Assembly (NCBI GenBank): GCA_913775595.1
Contig: CAJYLB010000001.1
Location: forward strand, 1,129,135-1,193,134
Direction: 5' to 3'
Length of the DNA: 64,000 bases
Source of the DNA: an uncultured Aquiluna sp.
GTDB taxonomy: Bacteria > Actinomycetota > Actinomycetes > Actinomycetales > Microbacteriaceae
In this document: positions 1 to 9,538 of the stretch, piece after piece
Layout of the letters: each line of letters opens with the position of its first letter
Position numbering within the stretch: position 1 is the first letter of the stretch
Translations under genes and position numbers: made by a program
Notes under the pieces: model-generated
What the model saw: the letters and a program-made list of their open reading frames with translations, nothing else
What the model was told of the DNA's origin: nothing
Databases searched by the model: none

Positions 1-210
1 ACTGGACCGCAGTTCGGTCACAAGGTTTCGCACGCTCAGAACAAGACCAAGCGTCGTTTTGACCCGAACATTCAGAAGAAGACCTACTTCGTTCCATCAC
101 TGGGACGCAAGGTGACTCTGACCCTTTCAGCTCGCGGCATCAAGGTAATTGACGCTCGCGGGATTGACTCAGTAATCGCAGAGCTAGTCGCTCGCGGCGA
201 GAAGATCTAG
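1..210 (+). CDS. rpmB: 50S ribosomal protein L28 (5' truncated by window edge)
   Basis: My frame-1 translation [27 protein letters not shown]...ARGEKI* is a typical L28; not in the ORF track. Confidence 0.95.
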   Translation, partial: TGPQFGHKVSHAQNKTKRRFDPNIQKKTYFVPSLGRKVTLTLSARGIKVIDARGIDSVIAELVARGEKI

Positions 211-218
211 GAAGACAG

Positions 219-386
219 ATGGCAAAGGATAAGGACGTTCGTCCAATCATCAAGCTGAAGTCCACTGCTGGCACCGGCTTCACCTACGTGACCCGCAAGA
301 ATCGTCGCAACGACCCAGACCGCATCAGCTTGAAGAAGTACGACCCAGTAGTGCGCAAGCACGTTGAATTCCGCGAGGAGCGCTAA
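219..386 (+). CDS. rpmG: 50S ribosomal protein L33 (Cys-free form)
   Basis: My translation [55 protein letters not shown]; lies between rpmB and rpsN. Confidence 0.96.
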   Translation: MAKDKDVRPIIKLKSTAGTGFTYVTRKNRRNDPDRISLKKYDPVVRKHVEFREER

Positions 387-692
387 ATGGCAAAGAAGAG
401 CAAGATCGCTCGTAACGAGCAGCGCAAGGTAGTAGTTGAGCGCTACGCCGAGAAGCGTGCCCAGCTAAAGAAGCAGCTTGTTGACCCAAACTCAACCGCT
501 GAGCAGAAGGAAGAGGCACGCCTAGGCCTCCAGAAGCTTCCTCGTAACGCCAGCCCGGTTCGTGTTCGCAGCCGTGACCTAATCGACGGCCGTCCACGTG
601 GCGTGCTCTCGAAGTTCGGTGTTAGCCGTGTTCGTTTCCGCCAGATGGCTCACAAGGGTGAGCTCCCAGGCATCACCAAGTCTTCCTGGTAA
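387..692 (+). CDS. rpsN: 30S ribosomal protein S14 (101 aa, Cys-free form)
   Basis: [13 protein letters not shown]...GRPRG...[11 protein letters not shown]. Confidence 0.97.
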   Translation: MAKKSKIARNEQRKVVVERYAEKRAQLKKQLVDPNSTAEQKEEARLGLQKLPRNASPVRVRSRDLIDGRPRGVLSKFGVSRVRFRQMAHKGELPGITKSSW

Positions 693-705
693 TTAGTCTT
701 TAGAA

Positions 706-1944
706 CTATCCGCCCTGAGGGGCGGATTTTTCTTTAACGACCCTGGACGCCCTAATCAGCTGCGGCCCAAAGACAATTAGCGCCAAAAGGGCCATCACGC
801 CGCCCGCGAGGAAAACCTCCCGCACGCCAAAGATTCCAATCAAGATTCCGCCAAATCCAAGTGACGCCATGCTGCCAGCATTGACGCTTCCCTGAACCGC
901 TGCCATGATGCGTCCTCTTACTGACTCTTTTGCTCGGCGCTGTATTTGGCCAACGGCAAAGATGTTCACCCCGGCATTACCAAATCCTGCGAGGAAGTAG
1001 ACGACGGCTGCAAACTGCCAGCTAGGCGCCTGGGACAGGCCAGTCAGCGCAAGCACCATAAGCAGGATGGCCAGCAGCAGACCCGCAGCCTGTCTGCTCT
1101 CGGGGATCTTCAAAACCTGAAGCAGGATTGCTCCAGAAAGGCTTCCTCCGGCAAATAGCGCCCCTATGAAGCCGTAAATGATTGGAGTTGCCCCGAGCTC
1201 GTCCACTACCAAGAAGACCTCGCCAACATTTATTACACCCAGCGAGAGCACTACCGCCAGCAAGATGATCATGATCGCCCTCAGCACCGGCTCGGCGATT
1301 AGGAACCTGAAGCCATCGAGAGCTCTGGGCTTGGAGCCATCTGCCTCGTGCTGAGGCTTTCTGTTTAGACCAAGTGCGAGAAAGGTGCCGGCCAAAATCA
1401 GAAACGAGACCGAGTCAATAACAAAGGGCCAAAAGAAGCCTGTTGTGCCAACCAGGATTCCGCCAGCTGCTGGCCCAGCGAGGGAGCCCATGGAGACATA
1501 GGTCTGCTGGATGCCCGCAACCCTGGTCATGTCTTCAGGCCTGGAGAGGTAGCCGACAGTGGCCGAGGACGCCGCCCCCACCATCGTCCCAAAAGTTGCA
1601 GTGGTGAATAGGGCAATTGGAGCCCACCAACTTAGCGTGACAAAGGCGATACTCAGCGTGCTCAGCGACATCGCACACAGCGCGAGCGGGATGACCTTTC
1701 GAGATTCGAACCCGTCGGCTATTTGCCCGGAAAATGGGGCCATCAGGACGTTCGGAATCAACATCGCTAACAGGATTATTGAGACCCCGGTAGGTCCAAC
1801 GACGTCCTTATCCCTGAGGATGACGGCGAAGGTTGTGAGGCTGCTTCCCATGAAACTTAGACCTGCGGCCATTGACAGTAGCTGAATCTTTAGGAAAGGT
1901 GTGGTCTTCTTTAGCTGGCCATTCGACTCTGACTCTTGACTCAC
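706..1944 (-). CDS. MFS transporter (DHA3/macrolide-efflux-like)
   Basis: 412 aa, about 12 hydrophobic segments, motif-A-like GQIADGFESRK and RGR loop. Confidence 0.85.
   Translation of the reverse strand: MSQESESNGQLKKTTPFLKIQLLSMAAGLSFMGSSLTTFAVILRDKDVVGPTGVSIILLAMLIPNVLMAPFSGQIADGFESRKVIPLALCAMSLSTLSIAFVTLSWWAPIALFTTATFGTMVGAASSATVGYLSRPEDMTRVAGIQQTYVSMGSLAGPAAGGILVGTTGFFWPFVIDSVSFLILAGTFLALGLNRKPQHEADGSKPRALDGFRFLIAEPVLRAIMIILLAVVLSLGVINVGEVFLVVDELGATPIIYGFIGALFAGGSLSGAILLQVLKIPESRQAAGLLLAILLMVLALTGLSQAPSWQFAAVVYFLAGFGNAGVNIFAVGQIQRRAKESVRGRIMAAVQGSVNAGSMASLGFGGILIGIFGVREVFLAGGVMALLALIVFGPQLIRASRVVKEKSAPQGG
708..735 (+). terminator. Intrinsic terminator of the rpmB-rpmG-rpsN operon
   Basis: ATCCGCCC-TGAG-GGGCGGAT stem followed by TTTTCTTT; lies inside the 3' end of the opposite-strand MFS gene. 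Confidence 0.75.
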
Positions 1945-2121
1945 CCAACCAACACTAGTGGCAATCGGACCATAAGTAGGTGGCTCAAAAAGTGCCTAAA
2001 TCCCCTAAAACTCGGGGAAAAATCCACCGCAACACGCCGAAGCCAGAGGTGCTTGCACCCCCGTGGGTGGCTATAGGTTGATTGGGACATTAATGTCCCT
2101 AACAAGTCCAGGAGGACCATT

Positions 2122-2394
2122 ATGAACAAGAGCGAACTCGTAGCAGCAGTTGCATCGCACACTGGCGAGTCGCAGGCCGCCGTTGGCCGCGTTATCGACG
2201 CAATGTTTGACACCATTGCCGCTTCCATCAAGAAGGGTGACAAGGTCACCATTCCTGGTTACCTAAGCGTAGACAAGGGCCACCGTAAGGCTCGCACCGG
2301 CCGTAACCCACAGACCGGCGCGACCATTCAGATTGCTGCAGCTAACACCGTCAAGGTTTCAGCTGGAAGCAAGCTAAAGGCTGCTGTTAAGTAA
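2122..2394 (+). CDS. hup: HU family DNA-binding protein
   Basis: MNKSELV...RKARTGRNPQTG; SD AGGAGG upstream. Confidence 0.95.
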   Translation: MNKSELVAAVASHTGESQAAVGRVIDAMFDTIAASIKKGDKVTIPGYLSVDKGHRKARTGRNPQTGATIQIAAANTVKVSAGSKLKAAVK

Positions 2395-2408
2395 CAACCT
2401 AAATCAGC

Positions 2409-2443
2409 AAGACGGCGTCCCACTGGGGCGCCGTCTTTGCTTT
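2409..2443 (+). terminator. Intrinsic terminator after HU
   Basis: AAGACGGCGTCC/GGGCGCCGTCTT stem (one G-U pair) followed by TGCTTT. Confidence 0.75.
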
Positions 2444-2460
2444 GGAATAGGCTTTAGTGC

Positions 2461-2925
2461 ATGACCGATAAATCTCGCGGCTTGTTCTATGTTGCTCTTC
2501 AGTTCATCCTGATCTTCCTGCTGGTGCTTTCACCAAGAATGGAAAGCCCTTATGGCGGCGCGAGCGAGGTTGTCGGCACGATTGGCGTAGCGATTATCGC
2601 TATCGGCTCTGGACTGCTGCTCTTTTCTTTTCTTGGGCTCGGAAACTCTCTAACGGCGCTGCCAACTCCAAAAGAGAAGGGCCAGCTCGTCACAACCGGT
2701 ATGTACGCAAGGGTTAGGCACCCGATCTACTTCGCGCTCTTAGTTATGGGCTTTGGTGTGATGTTGGATGCCGGTTATTGGCCACAGGTCATCGTCTACA
2801 TGCTCTTGTTTGCTCTACTCAGCACCAAGGCAGAGTTTGAAGAGAGCCTGCTTCGCAAGAAGTATCCGGCCTATGACAGCTATGCACTTAAGACCCCAAG
2901 GTTCTTCCCGAGGCTCGGTAGGTGA
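2461..2925 (+). CDS. Isoprenylcysteine carboxylmethyltransferase / PEMT-family membrane protein
   Basis: LVTTGMYARVRHPIY and EESLL...Y..Y...TPRFFP motifs. Confidence 0.85.
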   Translation: MTDKSRGLFYVALQFILIFLLVLSPRMESPYGGASEVVGTIGVAIIAIGSGLLLFSFLGLGNSLTALPTPKEKGQLVTTGMYARVRHPIYFALLVMGFGVMLDAGYWPQVIVYMLLFALLSTKAEFEESLLRKKYPAYDSYALKTPRFFPRLGR

Positions 2926-4883
2926 AGACAGAGCCCTATCCATTTGCGCTAAGGGCACTTCTTTTAGTTTCTCTCGGTGCCATTGGCACTCTTGGCCTCG
3001 GTCTGGTTTTAGGTGGTGCCGCCGAGCCGCTACCCCTCGCTGATCCAGGTGTTGTTGTGCGGCTGGGGCAGCCGATCACAAAGCTTGTTCTGAACCTTTC
3101 AATGGCGACCGCCATCGGAGCTCTAGTACTGGCGTCTTTTGCAGCCAATGATCAGGAGCGCTCTCGACTTCAACCAGTTGCCAGCTGGGCTGCCGCTCTT
3201 TGGCTTTTTGCCGCCGCCGCCAATTTTGTGATGACCTACCTCTCCGCCTCAGGATCGGCGGTTTCCTATGGACCGCAGTTCAGCGAGGGTCTTTGGCTGT
3301 TTGCTACTCAGATTGAATTGGGCACGCTGCTTGCATTTAATCTGGGCTTCGCATTTCTGTTGAGTCTCACAATGATTGCATTTGGTGGCAGGCGAATGAC
3401 TGCCATCAACGCAGCGATCGGTATGGCGGGGCTCTATCCGCTTGCCGAGTCGGGTCACGCCTCGTCTGATTCTGGCCACGCACTCGCTGTGAACTCTCTG
3501 CTTATGCACCTTGTCGGCATAAGCGTCTGGGTAGGGGGGCTTATCGCGCTCTATGCGGTGTTCCGAGCAGGAAGCGAGCGGACTGAGGTGCTGGTTAGCA
3601 GGTATTCGACACTGGCGCTGGCCGCATTCATTCTGGTCGGAGTATCTGGCATCACCTCGGGCTTTATTCGGCTCTTTAGCCCGGAAGACATATTTGGCCC
3701 CTACGGGCTGCTGCTAATTGGCAAGGCGATATTGCTCACGACCCTCGGGCTGTTCGGCGCTCGCTATCGCTTAGGGGCACTTTCAAAGATTTCTGCATCT
3801 GCTTCCGGCTTTTGGCGGCTGGTTACTGTCGAACTCCTAATCATGGGAGCAGCGGTAGGTTTGGGAACAGCCCTCGCAACCACCGCATTGCCGGAAGATC
3901 CCGCCGAGTTCGTTCCCCCAACCCCTGCACAGCTGCTCACTGGCGACCCACTGCCTCCGGAGCTGACACCTAGCGCTTGGCTTACGGTTTGGGACATAGA
4001 CATCCTTTGGCTGTCCATCGCTGTTGGGGCAATCGTTCTCTACCTGTATGGGGTAGCAAGGCTTAGATCTCGTGGTGATAGCTGGCCGGTGGGAAGAACT
4101 ATCTCTTGGGTCTCAGGCATGCTGGTTCTGGTTTATGTGACAAATGGGGCCCCCAATGCCTATCAAGAGTTCATGTTCTCAACCCACATGGTTGGCCACA
4201 TGATTCTCTCGATGATGGTTCCGGTGCTGCTGGTCCCCGGGGCGCCGGTGACCTTATTGTCCAGGGCTCAGCCCGCTCGAAAGGATGGTTCTTGGGGCCT
4301 TAGGGAGTGGGTGCTGTGGGCAGTTCACACCCCTTACGCCTGGTTTATCTCGCACCCACTTTTTGCTGGGCTTAACTTTGCTCTGTCTTTGGTGATGTTC
4401 TACTACACGCCACTGTTTAGGTGGTCGACCGAGGAACACCTTGGGCATCAGTGGATGCTCGTGCACTTTCTAATCACCGGCTACCTATTCGTTCAGGCAC
4501 TTATTGGCGTTGACCCCCAGCCGCATCGTCCTAGCTATCCGTTGAAGCTAATGCTGCTCATCGGCACCATGGCCTTTCACGCCTTCTTTGGGCTGAGCCT
4601 CATGAACGAAAAGAGCCTCCTGCTCGCAGACTGGTTTGGTTCGATGGGACGAACATGGGGTGATGACCCGCTTACCGATCAGGCGGTTGGCGGGGCCTTT
4701 GCCTGGGGAGTTGGAGAGATCCCGACGATCGTCATCACCACCATCGTGGTTTGGCAATGGGCGCGTTCAGATGATCGTGAACGACGGAGGCTCGATCGAG
4801 CCTCTGACCGAAGTGGCAACAAAGATCTAGAGGACTACAACGCCATGCTTGAGAGCCTGAACAGAACAAGGGACTCCAGGTGA
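2922..4883 (+). CDS. CopD / cytochrome c oxidase assembly factor (caa3 CtaG) fusion
   Basis: N-terminal CopD-like GH...HLVGISVWVGG; C-terminal FSTHMVGHM, HAFFG, DQAVGG..AWGVGE. Confidence 0.85.
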   Translation: MKTEPYPFALRALLLVSLGAIGTLGLGLVLGGAAEPLPLADPGVVVRLGQPITKLVLNLSMATAIGALVLASFAANDQERSRLQPVASWAAALWLFAAAANFVMTYLSASGSAVSYGPQFSEGLWLFATQIELGTLLAFNLGFAFLLSLTMIAFGGRRMTAINAAIGMAGLYPLAESGHASSDSGHALAVNSLLMHLVGISVWVGGLIALYAVFRAGSERTEVLVSRYSTLALAAFILVGVSGITSGFIRLFSPEDIFGPYGLLLIGKAILLTTLGLFGARYRLGALSKISASASGFWRLVTVELLIMGAAVGLGTALATTALPEDPAEFVPPTPAQLLTGDPLPPELTPSAWLTVWDIDILWLSIAVGAIVLYLYGVARLRSRGDSWPVGRTISWVSGMLVLVYVTNGAPNAYQEFMFSTHMVGHMILSMMVPVLLVPGAPVTLLSRAQPARKDGSWGLREWVLWAVHTPYAWFISHPLFAGLNFALSLVMFYYTPLFRWSTEEHLGHQWMLVHFLITGYLFVQALIGVDPQPHRPSYPLKLMLLIGTMAFHAFFGLSLMNEKSLLLADWFGSMGRTWGDDPLTDQAVGGAFAWGVGEIPTIVITTIVVWQWARSDDRERRRLDRASDRSGNKDLEDYNAMLESLNRTRDSR

Positions 4884-6283
4884 TTGTTGAGCTGAGCGAC
4901 GAGCAGCGCGCTCTCTTTGAATACATCGAGCAGTCCGAGTCCCATGTTTTTGTGACAGGCAGGGCGGGAACCGGTAAGTCGACCCTGCTGAGTTACCTAA
5001 CCGCAAATAGCGAAAAGAGCTTTGCGGTTTGCGCTCCGACTGGTGTCGCAGCGCTAAACGTTGCCGGCGTAACGATCCACTCCCTTTTCACTTTTCCATT
5101 TGGAGTTTTGGGAGAGGTTGACATAGCCCGTCACCTCTCCAGGCGAACCCGAGAAGTCCTTAGGGCGATCGACATGCTGGTAATCGACGAAATCTCAATG
5201 GTGTCTGCGGACCTCATGGACGCGATCGACAGGGCACTGAGGATCGCAAGATCAAAACGAAAACTGCCCTTTGGCGGGGTCCAGATAGTGATGTTTGGTG
5301 ATCCGTATCAGCTTGCTCCGGTAACGCCATCTGACCCAGTCGAGCGCTCCTACATGGCAGAGAACTATCGCTCAATGTGGTTCTTTGACGCTCACGTTTG
5401 GCGAGAGGCTGAGCTGGAGCGGTTTGAGCTCAGCGAAATCTTTAGGCAGTCCGACGAGAGGTTCAAAGAAATCCTCAATTCGATCAGGGACGGGTCGGTG
5501 ACCGGTGAAATGTTGGATGAGCTCAACCAGGCGGGTAATCGCCAGCCGCCCCACGCAGATGTCATAAGGCTTGCAACCATCAATGAGACGGTGAATGCGG
5601 TGAACCGCCAGCGCATGAACCTCATCACCACAAAGCCCAAGACCTTTCACGCCACCTACTCAGAGGGGGCGGAGAAGATCTTTGGCAGAGCCCTCCCCGC
5701 AGAGACCCAGCTCGAGCTCAAGGTTGGTGCTCAGGTCATGTTTATCAAAAACGACGACTCATCTATGACAAAGGGCTCAGATGGCGGGAGAGTCAGAAGA
5801 TGGGTGAACGGAACAATAGGCCACGTCATCGACCTGCCGAATGCCGGTGGAGTGGTTGTTGAGGTTGATGGCGAAGAGATTGAGGTCGGACCATCGACCT
5901 GGGAAAAGGTTCGCTACGAGGTCGATGAGGAGTTTGATGAGGTCACCGGCAGGGTCAAGGAGACTCTGGTTCCAATCACCCTGGCCGAATTCAAGCAAAT
6001 ACCGCTTCGTCTTGCGTGGGCGGTGACCATCCATAAGTCCCAGGGTCAGACCCATGATGAAGTTCAGATTGACATGGGCAGGGGAGCTTTCTCTCCGGGC
6101 CAGACATATGTTGCGCTCTCGAGAGTGCGGTCGCTGGAGGGCATGTATCTCAACAGGCCAATCACGATGCGAGACGTGATGGTCGACAAGGACGTCATCC
6201 GGTTTATGTCCGGTGCTATCCCAGCTCCTGATCTCGACCAGGAGCCCTTAGCCACCAGTTCAGAGCATCTGCCACCCTTCTAG
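4880..6283 (+). CDS. Pif1/RecD-like superfamily 1B DNA helicase
   Basis: GRAGTGKS, DEISMV, FGDPYQL, TIHKSQG, YVALSR motifs. Confidence 0.88.
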   Translation: MIVELSDEQRALFEYIEQSESHVFVTGRAGTGKSTLLSYLTANSEKSFAVCAPTGVAALNVAGVTIHSLFTFPFGVLGEVDIARHLSRRTREVLRAIDMLVIDEISMVSADLMDAIDRALRIARSKRKLPFGGVQIVMFGDPYQLAPVTPSDPVERSYMAENYRSMWFFDAHVWREAELERFELSEIFRQSDERFKEILNSIRDGSVTGEMLDELNQAGNRQPPHADVIRLATINETVNAVNRQRMNLITTKPKTFHATYSEGAEKIFGRALPAETQLELKVGAQVMFIKNDDSSMTKGSDGGRVRRWVNGTIGHVIDLPNAGGVVVEVDGEEIEVGPSTWEKVRYEVDEEFDEVTGRVKETLVPITLAEFKQIPLRLAWAVTIHKSQGQTHDEVQIDMGRGAFSPGQTYVALSRVRSLEGMYLNRPITMRDVMVDKDVIRFMSGAIPAPDLDQEPLATSSEHLPPF

Positions 6284-7346
6284 ACCAGTAGCTCTCGTGG
6301 TGGCCGGTGTAGGGGTAGATGTTCGCAACTAGTCTTTCTGGCTCGCTATAGCCCTTCGACCTCATTACCTCTGCTGCCATTAGGTGAAGTGGCGGGTAGT
6401 GCTCATCGAGCTCCTTGGTCCCACTATCGGTCCAGATGCGGTGCTGGCCATCGGTGGGGAGCAGCGAGGTGAGCTCATTAACCATTGTCGACTTACCCAT
6501 GAGCCAGTGCGTTGAGAAGCAGATTGCAGTGCCAAAGAGCTCGGGGCGCTTGCTTATCGCATAAAGGGAAATCAGGCCACCCATCGAGGCTCCCATGACC
6601 GCAGTTCGGTCTCGGTCGTGCTCGATCGCGTACCTATCGAGAACAAACGGCAAGATGGCATCCGCAATCAAGGAGACATAAGCATCACCGAAGCTGTCGG
6701 TCCCGGTGGTCTTGTATTCATCGGGAAGCGCGTCCCAGAACTCTGGGTGACGATCAACAATCTCTTGAGGCGAAAGCTCGCGAATTCGAGTCTCGTCACT
6801 AAGACCCCAGATGCCAACAACCAGAGGCTTCTCTCCTCGAACCTCATCTCGTATCGCTGGGATTACTTCCCAGGTCTTGCCGGTGAAGCTCTCCTGTTCA
6901 TCAAAAAGATTTCTACCATCGTGCATGAAAACAACCGGGGTCTGAGCGTTCAGTGTTTCTGGCACCCACACATCGACCCTGTGGTTATCGAAGTCAAAGC
7001 GCTGCAGCTTTCCACCACCGAGGCGGATGCTCAATAGCTTGCGCTCGCGGAAGAACATAAACAGGGGGAAGGTAAAGGCAATGGCCGTCATACCCGAGAG
7101 CAGGAAATAGAGCCACACTCGCTTCATGCCCAGGCGCCTCGCCTCGCTAATCATGAAGATGGCTACTGCTACACCTACAACCAAAAGATCAACAGAAAGC
7201 ACCCAGTCAACCGCGCCGCCAAACCAGGCAGCCAGGTAGTCAGCCTCCTCGAATACCGCAAGGGCATTTAGGGTCCAGGCAGTGATGAGGCCTATCGCCG
7301 AGGTGATCAGGTAGAGGGTGGCTTTTACTGTGTGTTTTCTGAACAT
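6216..7346 (-). CDS. DUF2834-like membrane domain fused to alpha/beta hydrolase (putative esterase)
   Basis: Three TM segments with DLLVV..EARRLGM..AFTFPLF; then HDGRNLF, GASMGG nucleophile elbow, HHESYW. Confidence 0.72.
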   Translation of the reverse strand: MFRKHTVKATLYLITSAIGLITAWTLNALAVFEEADYLAAWFGGAVDWVLSVDLLVVGVAVAIFMISEARRLGMKRVWLYFLLSGMTAIAFTFPLFMFFRERKLLSIRLGGGKLQRFDFDNHRVDVWVPETLNAQTPVVFMHDGRNLFDEQESFTGKTWEVIPAIRDEVRGEKPLVVGIWGLSDETRIRELSPQEIVDRHPEFWDALPDEYKTTGTDSFGDAYVSLIADAILPFVLDRYAIEHDRDRTAVMGASMGGLISLYAISKRPELFGTAICFSTHWLMGKSTMVNELTSLLPTDGQHRIWTDSGTKELDEHYPPLHLMAAEVMRSKGYSEPERLVANIYPYTGHHESYWSRRVADALNWWLRAPGRDQELG

Positions 7347-7405
7347 TTAGGAATCTTTTCACGGATTCTGCAAATGTATTTATTTCATACTCACTAAGGA
7401 ACATC

Positions 7406-9526
7406 ATGCGCCGCATCGGCAATCTCGTGGTGAGGCGCTCAAAGCTAATTTTGTTTGGTTTTGTAACCCTTGTCGTCATCTCCTCATTCTGGGGCTTTCA
7501 AGCCTTTGGGGCTCTCAAGGGTGGTGGCTACGACAACCCAAACTCCGATTCGACTCTGGTAACCGAGCTACTTCAGAGCGAGTTTGGTGTTGATCCCGCT
7601 GAGGTCATAGTTCTTGTTGACCTCCCCTCTGATGCTGACGAGATCGACGCAAATGGTTTTCCCGTGAACTTCGCACTGGTTCAGGAGCTCAGCTCTGAGC
7701 TATTGGATATCGAAGGCGTGGATTCCGTTCTCAACTACTACACCCTCGGCTCCCCACCGAACCTCAAGAGCGAAGACGGCAAGCTCATTTACCTGCTAGT
7801 CGACCTGGATAACAGTGTTGACCAGACTCCCGTGGTCGCAGAAATCGTCGATGAATACACTGGCGACTACCAGGGTGCTCAGGTTCACGTCTCAGGATTC
7901 GGGGCAGTGACAAAGGCCATCAACGAAACCATTTATGAAGACATCATCAGGGCCGAAATAGTGGCTGTTCCAATCGTGGTGATCTTGCTGATATTTGTTT
8001 TTGGCTCGCTCGTTGCAGCGGGTCTACCGCTCTTCGTGGGCGGTCTTGCAATTGTCGGGTCGTTTTTGATCATCTGGATTGGCAGTCAGTTCACTGACGT
8101 GAGCATCTTCGCGCTCAACCTGGTCACAGGCCTGGGGTTAGGGCTGGGTATTGATTACAGCCTCTTGGTTGTGAACCGCTTTCGCGAGGAGCGCGCTGCG
8201 GGCAACGATGTTGCAGCTTCGGTCTCGAACACCGTCGCATCAGCTGGCAAGACGGTTTTGTTCTCGGGTCTAACAGTTGCCCTGGTACTGGTTTCAATGG
8301 TGTTTTTTCCGCAGTACTTCTTGCAGTCGTTTGCTCTTGCCGGGGTGGCGGTGGTGCTGTTCGCAGTGTTGGGTGCTGCTGTTGCGGTGCCGGCGATGCT
8401 GAACCTGCTCGGTGATCGGGTCAACCGACTCCGGTTGATTAGGCGCGATCTAACCCCGAAGGACACCGGCTTTTGGGAGAAGATTGCTCGTTTTACGATG
8501 CGAAGGCCGCTGCCGGTTTTGTTTGTAGGGCTACTTTTCTTGGCGTCCCTGTTCTCACTTTCAACCTCGGTGGTTTTCGGGCAGTCAGATGACCGAGTGC
8601 TACCGGCAGACTCCCCGGCTCGAATCGCCAGTGACCTGTTGAGGGAGCGCTTCGAAGGACGCGAGTCCTCGCCCATTGAGATCTTGGTAAAGGGTAGCGA
8701 CGAGGAGATAAACGAGTTTGTAGACCTGGTTGCAGACCAGGACAACATAGTCAGGGTTGGGATTGTGCCAACCGAGGAGGATTCCGAGTGGGTCCGAGTG
8801 AATGCGATCACTGAGCTTGAGACCAGGAGCCCGGAGGGGCTCGAGCAGATTGTTGCTCTGAGGTCGCTCGATACTTCTGTTGATGAGTACCTAATAGGTG
8901 GGGGTGGTGCCTACTACACCGACAGCCAGCAGGGTATCGAGGGGGCGCTTCCAATCGCAGCGCTCTGGGTCTTCATCTCAACTTTCATTCTGCTCTTCCT
9001 TTTCACCGGCAGCTTGGTCTTGCCCCTGAAGGCGATCGTTTTGAATGTGCTGTCACTTGGAGCGGTCTTTGGGCTTATTGGGTGGATATTCCAAAACGGG
9101 GAGCTGCAGTGGTTATTGGGCGAATACTCCGTCACCGGAACCATCGACACTTCATCCGTTGTGATGATTGCGCTTGTCGCGTTTGGCTTATCCATGGACT
9201 ACGAGCTGTTCCTGCTCAGCCGGATCAAGGAGCAGCACGATGCCGGATTCAACACCGTGAACTCGGTCGCTCTTGGCCTGCAGCGCTCCGGCCGGATTAT
9301 TACCGCCGCCGCGTTGATTCTTGCGGTCACCTTTGGCGCATTCGCCTCTAGCGGGGTTTCCATTATGAAGATGCTCGGATTAGGCATCGCCGTTGCCATC
9401 TTGTTGGACGCCACCTTGGTCAGAGGGTTCTTAGTTCCGGCAATCATGCGGCTTCTAGGAAGTGCTAACTGGTGGGCACCCAAGTGGCTAAAGCGGCTCT
9501 ATGAGAAGGCCGGGCTTTCTCACTGA
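7406..9526 (+). CDS. MMPL family (RND) transporter
   Basis: GLGIDYSLL and GLSMDYELFLLSRIKE Asp-Tyr motifs; RLLGSANWWAP tail. Confidence 0.9.
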   Translation: MRRIGNLVVRRSKLILFGFVTLVVISSFWGFQAFGALKGGGYDNPNSDSTLVTELLQSEFGVDPAEVIVLVDLPSDADEIDANGFPVNFALVQELSSELLDIEGVDSVLNYYTLGSPPNLKSEDGKLIYLLVDLDNSVDQTPVVAEIVDEYTGDYQGAQVHVSGFGAVTKAINETIYEDIIRAEIVAVPIVVILLIFVFGSLVAAGLPLFVGGLAIVGSFLIIWIGSQFTDVSIFALNLVTGLGLGLGIDYSLLVVNRFREERAAGNDVAASVSNTVASAGKTVLFSGLTVALVLVSMVFFPQYFLQSFALAGVAVVLFAVLGAAVAVPAMLNLLGDRVNRLRLIRRDLTPKDTGFWEKIARFTMRRPLPVLFVGLLFLASLFSLSTSVVFGQSDDRVLPADSPARIASDLLRERFEGRESSPIEILVKGSDEEINEFVDLVADQDNIVRVGIVPTEEDSEWVRVNAITELETRSPEGLEQIVALRSLDTSVDEYLIGGGGAYYTDSQQGIEGALPIAALWVFISTFILLFLFTGSLVLPLKAIVLNVLSLGAVFGLIGWIFQNGELQWLLGEYSVTGTIDTSSVVMIALVAFGLSMDYELFLLSRIKEQHDAGFNTVNSVALGLQRSGRIITAAALILAVTFGAFASSGVSIMKMLGLGIAVAILLDATLVRGFLVPAIMRLLGSANWWAPKWLKRLYEKAGLSH

Positions 9527-9538
9527 TAACCTCTACCC

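Noticed and set aside
4880..6283. Helicase as part of an anti-phage or mobile system
   Set aside because: No nuclease, TOPRIM, ATPase partner or mobility gene adjacent; it sits in a housekeeping operon.
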